NCBI GenBank assembly: GCA_902547695.1
Contig: CACCOR010000006.1
Span: forward strand, 15,945-79,944
Direction: 5' to 3'
DNA: 64,000 nucleotides
From: an uncultured SAR86 cluster bacterium
Lineage (GTDB): Bacteria; Pseudomonadota; Gammaproteobacteria; Magnimaribacterales; D2472
Shown here: in pieces, positions 58,582 to 64,000 of the stretch
How positions within the stretch are numbered: position 1 is the first letter of the stretch
Layout of the letters: the number at the start of each line of letters is the position of its first letter
The notes under the pieces: generated by a model
The model's input: only the letters and a program-made list of their open reading frames with translations
What the model was told of the DNA's origin: nothing
The model's database searches: none
Made by a program: the position numbers and the translations under genes

Positions 58582-60618
58582 ATGATCAATCTTAGACTTT
58601 GTATATTGTTATTATGTTCTTTTGTAATTGCTGAGGAATATATAAGTATTGAACTTAGTAATTCTAAAAAAGAGCTTAGCCAAGAGATTTTTAAGAAACT
58701 TAATAATGAACATTACATTAAAGAAATTGATAAAGATAATTTCAATGAAAGGTATTTTGAGGCAATAATTGAGAAGCTTGATAAAGAAAAGAATCTTTTT
58801 ATTGAAAAAGAAGTTCAGTCATATATTAAGAAGTCAAGAGATTTCATTGACGGTGATTTTGACATTAAGTTAGCTTATGAATTAATTAATCTTTATTTTG
58901 ACAGATTAACTGATTTCTTTGAATATCAAATTGACTTGATTGAAGAAAATACCTTCGACTTTTCAAAAAAAGAATATTTAGATATTTATTATGAAGATAA
59001 CCAATGGCAATCTAATTTTAATGATCTCTATAAACTTTGGAAACTAGAAACCAAAAATGATCTATTAGTTGCAAAATTGTCCGATTCATCAAATTCAGAG
59101 CCATCAAATGACTTAATAAAAAGATATAAGAATAGAATAAGACGAATAACTCAACAAAAAGAGGAAGACATATTCTCATTGGCAATAAATATTTTGTCTA
59201 ACCAATTTGATCCTCACTCAACATATTTATCGCCAAGATCTGCAGAAGACTTTGATGTCAATATGAGCTTAAAACTTAACGGCATTGGTGCTCTACTTGG
59301 TATAGAGGATGATTACACAAAAATTATAAGTTTAGTTCCTGGTGGTCCTGCTGAAAAATCTGGAAAAATTAACCCAGAAGATAGAATTACAAAAATCAGG
59401 CAAATTGGTACAGATAATTATCAAGACGTTATTGGATGGAGAATTGATGAAGTGGTTGATTTAATTAGGGGTGAAGCAGGAACTGAAGTAGAGATAGAAT
59501 TTATTTCATTTGACTCGTCAAGCGATTCAACCAAATTGGTGACTCTAAAAAGAGAAGAAATCAAACTTGAGGATAGAGCAGCAAAATCAGAAATTATTAA
59601 TATTAATAATAATAAGATTGGGATAATTGATCTGCCATCTTTTTATATAGACTTTAACGAGTATCAGAATAGAGTCAAAGACTATAGGAGTAGTAGCAAT
59701 GATGTCAAAAAAATATTAAATGATTTTAATGCTTCAAATGTAGATGCTGTAATTTTGGACTTAAGAAATAACGGTGGTGGTGCATTAATAGAAGCTAATA
59801 AGATCATTGGATTATTTGTTTCATCAGGTCCAACTGTTCAAGTTAAACAAAGTCGAGGCTACATTCAACCTTATGGTGCTTCAAGAGCTGTTCAAGTTTG
59901 GGATAAACCTATGCTAGTTTTAGTTAACCGCTATTCTGCATCTGCTTCTGAGATAGTTGCAGGAGCTATTCAGGATTACAAAAGAGGTTTTGTTGTTGGA
60001 CAAAGAACATTTGGGAAAGGAACTGTTCAGAGTTTAGAGAGTTTATCAGAAGGACAAATTAAAATTACGGAATCTAAATACTACAGAATCAATGGAATGA
60101 GTACTCAAAACAAAGGAGTAATTCCTGATATAGAACTTCCTGTAACTTGGGATATTGAATCTGTTGGTGAAAGTTCCTATCCGACTGCTATGGAATGGGA
60201 TGTAATCAGGCCATATAGGCATAAAAAATTTAAAATTAATCCAGATCTAATTGAGAAAGTTATCGCAAATTATGAATTTCGTTTAAGTGAAGAGCCGAAT
60301 CTAAATTACCTAAAAAAAGTAAGAGATAGGTATGACTTAAATAAAAATAAAAAGAAGTTGAGCTTAAATCTTGAAGACAGAAAAACACAAAAAGAGTTGC
60401 GAAAAGACTGGTTATTAAGCATTGAAAATGAAAGAAGGCTTAAGGTTGGATTGGAAGAATTCATTTCTTATAAAGAAATGGAAGACTTTAATGAATCTGA
60501 TACTAGTCTAGAAAATAATATTAATTTAATAGACGATTATCAATTAATTGAATCCACAAATATAATTAATGATTTTATAGATCTTGAGAAAGAGATAATT
60601 TTATCGTCAGTAAAATAA
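58582..60618 (+). CDS. prc: tail-specific (C-terminal processing) protease, S41 family
   Basis: Signal peptide, PDZ region (LNGIGALLG), catalytic NRYSASASEIVAGA and TFGKGTVQ; 678 aa. Confidence 0.88.
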   Translation: MINLRLCILLLCSFVIAEEYISIELSNSKKELSQEIFKKLNNEHYIKEIDKDNFNERYFEAIIEKLDKEKNLFIEKEVQSYIKKSRDFIDGDFDIKLAYELINLYFDRLTDFFEYQIDLIEENTFDFSKKEYLDIYYEDNQWQSNFNDLYKLWKLETKNDLLVAKLSDSSNSEPSNDLIKRYKNRIRRITQQKEEDIFSLAINILSNQFDPHSTYLSPRSAEDFDVNMSLKLNGIGALLGIEDDYTKIISLVPGGPAEKSGKINPEDRITKIRQIGTDNYQDVIGWRIDEVVDLIRGEAGTEVEIEFISFDSSSDSTKLVTLKREEIKLEDRAAKSEIININNNKIGIIDLPSFYIDFNEYQNRVKDYRSSSNDVKKILNDFNASNVDAVILDLRNNGGGALIEANKIIGLFVSSGPTVQVKQSRGYIQPYGASRAVQVWDKPMLVLVNRYSASASEIVAGAIQDYKRGFVVGQRTFGKGTVQSLESLSEGQIKITESKYYRINGMSTQNKGVIPDIELPVTWDIESVGESSYPTAMEWDVIRPYRHKKFKINPDLIEKVIANYEFRLSEEPNLNYLKKVRDRYDLNKNKKKLSLNLEDRKTQKELRKDWLLSIENERRLKVGLEEFISYKEMEDFNESDTSLENNINLIDDYQLIESTNIINDFIDLEKEIILSSVK

Positions 60619-60619
60619 T

Positions 60620-61432
60620 ATGAAAATAGTTTCTTTTAATATTAATAGTATAAGAGCCAGGCCACATCAGATTGAACATTTGAGAGATACCATCGATCCA
60701 GATATCATTGGGCTTCAAGAAATTAAAGTTGACGATCCTGAATTTCCAATTGAGGTCATTAATGAAATAGGATATCACGCAGAATTTTGGGGTCAAAAAG
60801 GACATTATGGTGTCGCAATTTTAAGTAAGGAAAAGCCAATTAATACTGTTAAGGGTTTCATTAATGATTCTGATGAGGATCAAAAAAGATTTATACAATC
60901 AAAATTTAAATATGGTAAAGGCGAAATAATTGTCATGAACGGTTATTTTCCTCAAGGTGAAAATATCAATCATGAAACAAAGTTTCCAAAGAAAATAAAA
61001 TTTTATGATGATCTTCATTCGCATATTTCTGATCTTAAAAAGATCGAAAAAAACTTAATAATAATGGGAGACTTTAATGTATCCCCTGAAGACATTGATA
61101 TTGGAATTGGTGAACAAAATGCAAAAAGATGGTTAAGAGAGGGAAAAACTTCATTTCAACCTCAAGAAAGGGAAATGTGGAATAGTATTAAAAACTTGGG
61201 TTTTGTTGATTCATGGAGGGAAATTTATCCTACCGAGTCATCCATTTATTCTTGGTTTGATTATAGATCAAGAATGTTTGACCAAAGCCCAAAAAGAGGT
61301 CTAAGGATAGATCATATTCTATTATCAGAGAATTTAAAAAATTCAATTAATGCCGTTGGTATTGATTACGATGCTCGAGCAATGGAAAAACCATCTGACC
61401 ACTGTCCTGTGTGGTTAGAATTAAATGAATAA
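60620..61432 (+). CDS. xthA: exodeoxyribonuclease III
   Basis: IVSFNINSIRAR, GLQEIK and PSDHCPVW; 270 aa. Confidence 0.93.
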   Translation: MKIVSFNINSIRARPHQIEHLRDTIDPDIIGLQEIKVDDPEFPIEVINEIGYHAEFWGQKGHYGVAILSKEKPINTVKGFINDSDEDQKRFIQSKFKYGKGEIIVMNGYFPQGENINHETKFPKKIKFYDDLHSHISDLKKIEKNLIIMGDFNVSPEDIDIGIGEQNAKRWLREGKTSFQPQEREMWNSIKNLGFVDSWREIYPTESSIYSWFDYRSRMFDQSPKRGLRIDHILLSENLKNSINAVGIDYDARAMEKPSDHCPVWLELNE

Positions 61433-61862
61433 TATACTATTCAAGACACCTTCAAGTTCTAAAGAATTTGAAGAATATGATTTATTTAGATGGGAAATTT
61501 TAAGAAAGCCAATAGGAAAATCCATTGAGTCTTTAAAGGATAAATACGAAGATTCAAGCTATCATCTAATTGGAGTAATTGATAATAAGATAATCGCATG
61601 CGGGAGACTTCATTTTAATAGCGATAACGAAGCGCAAATAAGATACATGGCAATCGATGAGAATTTTCAAAGAAAAGGGATTGGTGTAAAAATAATTGAA
61701 TTGCTTGAAGCAGAAGCGAAAAAAAAACGAATAAATAAAATTGTTCTAAATGCAAGAAATTACGTAATAGAATTTTATGAAAAGTCTGGATACAAGGCAG
61801 TGAGAAAGTATGAAGGTTCTGATACTGGAATTCCTCACACAACTATGGAAAAAATACTTTAG
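61425..61862 (+). CDS. GNAT-family N-acetyltransferase
   Basis: Acetyl-CoA motif FQRKGIGVKII; 145 aa. Confidence 0.8.
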   Translation: MNNILFKTPSSSKEFEEYDLFRWEILRKPIGKSIESLKDKYEDSSYHLIGVIDNKIIACGRLHFNSDNEAQIRYMAIDENFQRKGIGVKIIELLEAEAKKKRINKIVLNARNYVIEFYEKSGYKAVRKYEGSDTGIPHTTMEKIL

Positions 61863-62321
61863 TTATCTTTTTTGTTTAAAAAAATCCTTTAATAAATTTG
61901 CACTGATATCTTCTCTTAATCCAAATTTATACTTTACTGAATGATTTAATGCTTTGTTTTCTAGAAAGTTATCAATTGAGCAAATACTTCCAGTTTTAGG
62001 TTCTTTTGCGGCAAAAACTAACATATCTAATCTTGCATCAACAATTGCTTTAGCGCACATGTGACAAGGCTCTAAAGTAACATAAATGCTACATCCATTT
62101 AGTCTAAAATTATTTAATTCTTTTGAAGCAGATCTTAATGCATTAATTTCTGCATGAGAACTGACATCATTATCAGCAATTACAGTATTTCTTCCGCTCC
62201 CAATTATTTTGTTTTCCTTAACGACCACTGCGCCAACTGGAACCTCGTCTTTCAAAAAAGATTCCTTAGCGAGCTCCATGGCAGATTCCATAAAAAATCT
62301 GTCTTGATCTGAAAAATGCAC
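61863..62321 (-). CDS. tadA: tRNA adenosine(34) deaminase
   Basis: Zinc ligands SHAEINAL and LEPCHMCAKA; 152 aa. Confidence 0.92.
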   Translation of the reverse strand: MHFSDQDRFFMESAMELAKESFLKDEVPVGAVVVKENKIIGSGRNTVIADNDVSSHAEINALRSASKELNNFRLNGCSIYVTLEPCHMCAKAIVDARLDMLVFAAKEPKTGSICSIDNFLENKALNHSVKYKFGLREDISANLLKDFFKQKR

Positions 62322-62324
62322 TTT

Positions 62325-62858
62325 TTAGTATAGTTCTATATTTGCAATGTCTAGTTGAGCAGTAAAATCTTTACCATATGCAACTAGCCCAATAGATCTT
62401 ATTGTTTTGAAATCAAGACCTTGCTTTTGATTTCTGGAGTATTTGAAACTTGATAAAGGTAGTTCAATGATTTGCCATTCGTTTGAAGCATAAAATTCAG
62501 CATAATAGTAATTCCAAGGCATCATTCTTGGAGCCCTTAAGTGGACAAAGTATTCGTTATTATTGCCTCTAATTTTTAGCCTAATGCCCTCAAAATCATT
62601 GCTATTTAAATACACGCCAACCCTAGATTGAATAAACCCACCATTATTTTCGGTACTGACATCGCCTTCCAGTCTGTAAAATTTTTCACCATTTTCTTCT
62701 ATTTCATAAAAGTTAACTTCAGATATTCCACCCATTACCTGATCAGATATTGCTGACCAATTAGCTCTAACATCATTAAGATTATCTATAATCATTGCTG
62801 ATAAGTTTAAACAAAAAAATGATAAAAAAAGAAAAAAGATTTTGATCATATTAATCAA
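62325..62858 (-). CDS. secreted CIA30-domain protein (complex I intermediate-associated protein 30 family)
   Basis: Signal peptide, then WSAISDQVMGGIS...GGFIQSR, typical of the CIA30 fold. Confidence 0.7.
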   Translation of the reverse strand: MINMIKIFFLFLSFFCLNLSAMIIDNLNDVRANWSAISDQVMGGISEVNFYEIEENGEKFYRLEGDVSTENNGGFIQSRVGVYLNSNDFEGIRLKIRGNNNEYFVHLRAPRMMPWNYYYAEFYASNEWQIIELPLSSFKYSRNQKQGLDFKTIRSIGLVAYGKDFTAQLDIANIELY

Positions 62859-63987
62859 GGTTAGTATCTTTTTCTGCTTGAAACCAAGGCATCTTCACAA
62901 CAACAGAATTTAAGTCTCCATAAGGACTCTCAACTACTAATTTGGAACCTTCATTAGCAAACTCAATATCTACAATTGCAAGAGCAATATTCTTTTTCAA
63001 TCGAGGTGAGAAAAATGCTCTTGAGACCCTTCCAACTTTTTTTTCAGAATTATTTACAGGCCAGAAATTTTCAGGAGCTTTTAATAAGGGATCTCCATCA
63101 AGTTCAAGGCCAACAAGTTTTTCCTTAATTCCATCTTCTTTTATTTTTTTAAGGGCTTCTTTACCAATAAAATCAGTTTCTTGATCCAGATCTACCAATC
63201 TCCCAAATCCAATAGTATATGGATTATGCTCTCTTCCAAAATCACTTCCATATGAGAGTAATCCACCTTCAATGGTTCTAATTGTATTAGGTGCAATGAC
63301 CCTTCCATTAAATTCCTGTGCAGCATCATAAACTAATTCAAAAAGTTTATTGCCTAATTTTCTATCTTGAAGGTATAACTCATAGCTAAGCTCTCCACTC
63401 CAACCAGTTCTAGCAATTACCATTGGTATATCATCAAGATTAGTCTGTCTCGCTTTGTAGTAGCCTAAATCATCATGCTGACCGTTAAATAACTTTTGAA
63501 TTAACTTTCCTGACTTTGGTCCACTTATTTGTAAAGGAGAGACATCAGGCTCATGGATTGAAACATCCATTCCAGAATTAATTGCAATTCCCTGAAGCCA
63601 TAAGATAACATCCCCATCACCTGGTGAAATCCAAAATTTATTATCTTCAAGTCTCAACAAACAAGCATCATTAATAATTCCACCATCCATGTCTGTAAGA
63701 ATAATGTATTTGCAAAAACCAATTTCACACTTCTCTAAGTTTCTTGGTGTTATATACCTAACAAAGTTATAAGCATCCTTTCCATTAATTTCGATTTGAC
63801 GTTCTGCCGCAAAATCACCAAATGTTACATCATTTATTAAGCTTTCATATTCTTTCTCAGGACCTGAAAAAGCCGAAGGCAAATACATTTTGTTATAAAC
63901 GGTAAAACCTGTGACTCCATACTTGAGATTAGAGTCATAATAAGGTGATTTTCTAATTCTGGTTCCTATCCCGATCATTAATGGCAA
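62851..63987 (-). CDS. aminomethyltransferase (GcvT) family protein, DmdA-like subgroup
   Basis: GTRIRKSPYYDS..FTVYNKMYLPSAF..ERQIEINGKDA..HEPDVSPLQISGPKS..ARTGWSGELSYELY. The N-terminal pattern resembles DMSP demethylase-type members rather than canonical GcvT. Confidence 0.8.
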   Translation of the reverse strand: MPLMIGIGTRIRKSPYYDSNLKYGVTGFTVYNKMYLPSAFSGPEKEYESLINDVTFGDFAAERQIEINGKDAYNFVRYITPRNLEKCEIGFCKYIILTDMDGGIINDACLLRLEDNKFWISPGDGDVILWLQGIAINSGMDVSIHEPDVSPLQISGPKSGKLIQKLFNGQHDDLGYYKARQTNLDDIPMVIARTGWSGELSYELYLQDRKLGNKLFELVYDAAQEFNGRVIAPNTIRTIEGGLLSYGSDFGREHNPYTIGFGRLVDLDQETDFIGKEALKKIKEDGIKEKLVGLELDGDPLLKAPENFWPVNNSEKKVGRVSRAFFSPRLKKNIALAIVDIEFANEGSKLVVESPYGDLNSVVVKMPWFQAEKDTNLD

Positions 63988-64000
63988 CTGCGATTTTGAC

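Noticed and set aside
1-64000. CRISPR arrays, tandem repeats, IS elements, rRNA, tmRNA, RNase P or 6S RNA genes, defence-system genes
   Set aside because: The largest non-coding stretch is about 113 nt. I saw no periodic repeats and no nuclease, helicase or ATPase gene of defence-island type. Nothing supports such calls.

Overview
This is a visibly AT-rich, extremely gene-dense chromosomal segment. By my hand tally only about 1.2 kb of the 64 kb is non-coding once over-extended ORF-track starts are trimmed. Gene order is classic gammaproteobacterial core synteny: purL divergent from an SLT transglycosylase, ppi-lpxH, leuCDB-asd-fimV-truA-trpF ... SPOR-cvpA-purF, and lexA convergent with the topA block. 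The source is most likely a small-genome marine gammaproteobacterium; SAR86-like is only a guess. I call 67 protein genes (one partial), one tRNA-Asn(GTT), two LexA operators, one Fur-type operator and one candidate TetR-type operator. I saw no rRNA, CRISPR, IS/transposase, integrase, phage or recognisable defence genes. Content by function: DNA repair and SOS (uvrB, umuDC, lexA, xthA, topA); amino-acid, purine and pyrimidine biosynthesis (purL, purF, trpFBA, leuCDB, asd, aroC, pyrD); the methylcitrate cycle (prpBCD plus acnB); two tandem acyl-CoA dehydrogenase pairs; an atu/liu-like acyl-CoA carboxylase cluster with an embedded TetR; and assorted envelope and redox genes. My verdict is that this is mostly streamlined housekeeping DNA, and I cannot point to a clear-cut novel multi-gene system. 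The best leads are: (1) an uncharacterised third gene fused to the LexA-controlled umuDC operon in a genome region lacking sulA; (2) a small island of Cys-rich DUF proteins (DUF2237, DUF393, DUF1289, two tiny ORFs) around a ferritin-like gene with a near-perfect Fur operator; (3) a compact atu-like cluster (carboxylase beta/alpha, TetR, AtuA/DUF1446, hydratase, tandem ACAD pair) with a 9-nt inverted repeat upstream; (4) a secreted MsrA-CPYC-MsrB fusion with unusual domain order; (5) a DmdA-like aminomethyltransferase coupled to a secreted CIA30-domain protein. All functional calls rest on motif and colinearity recognition by eye; no database search was run.
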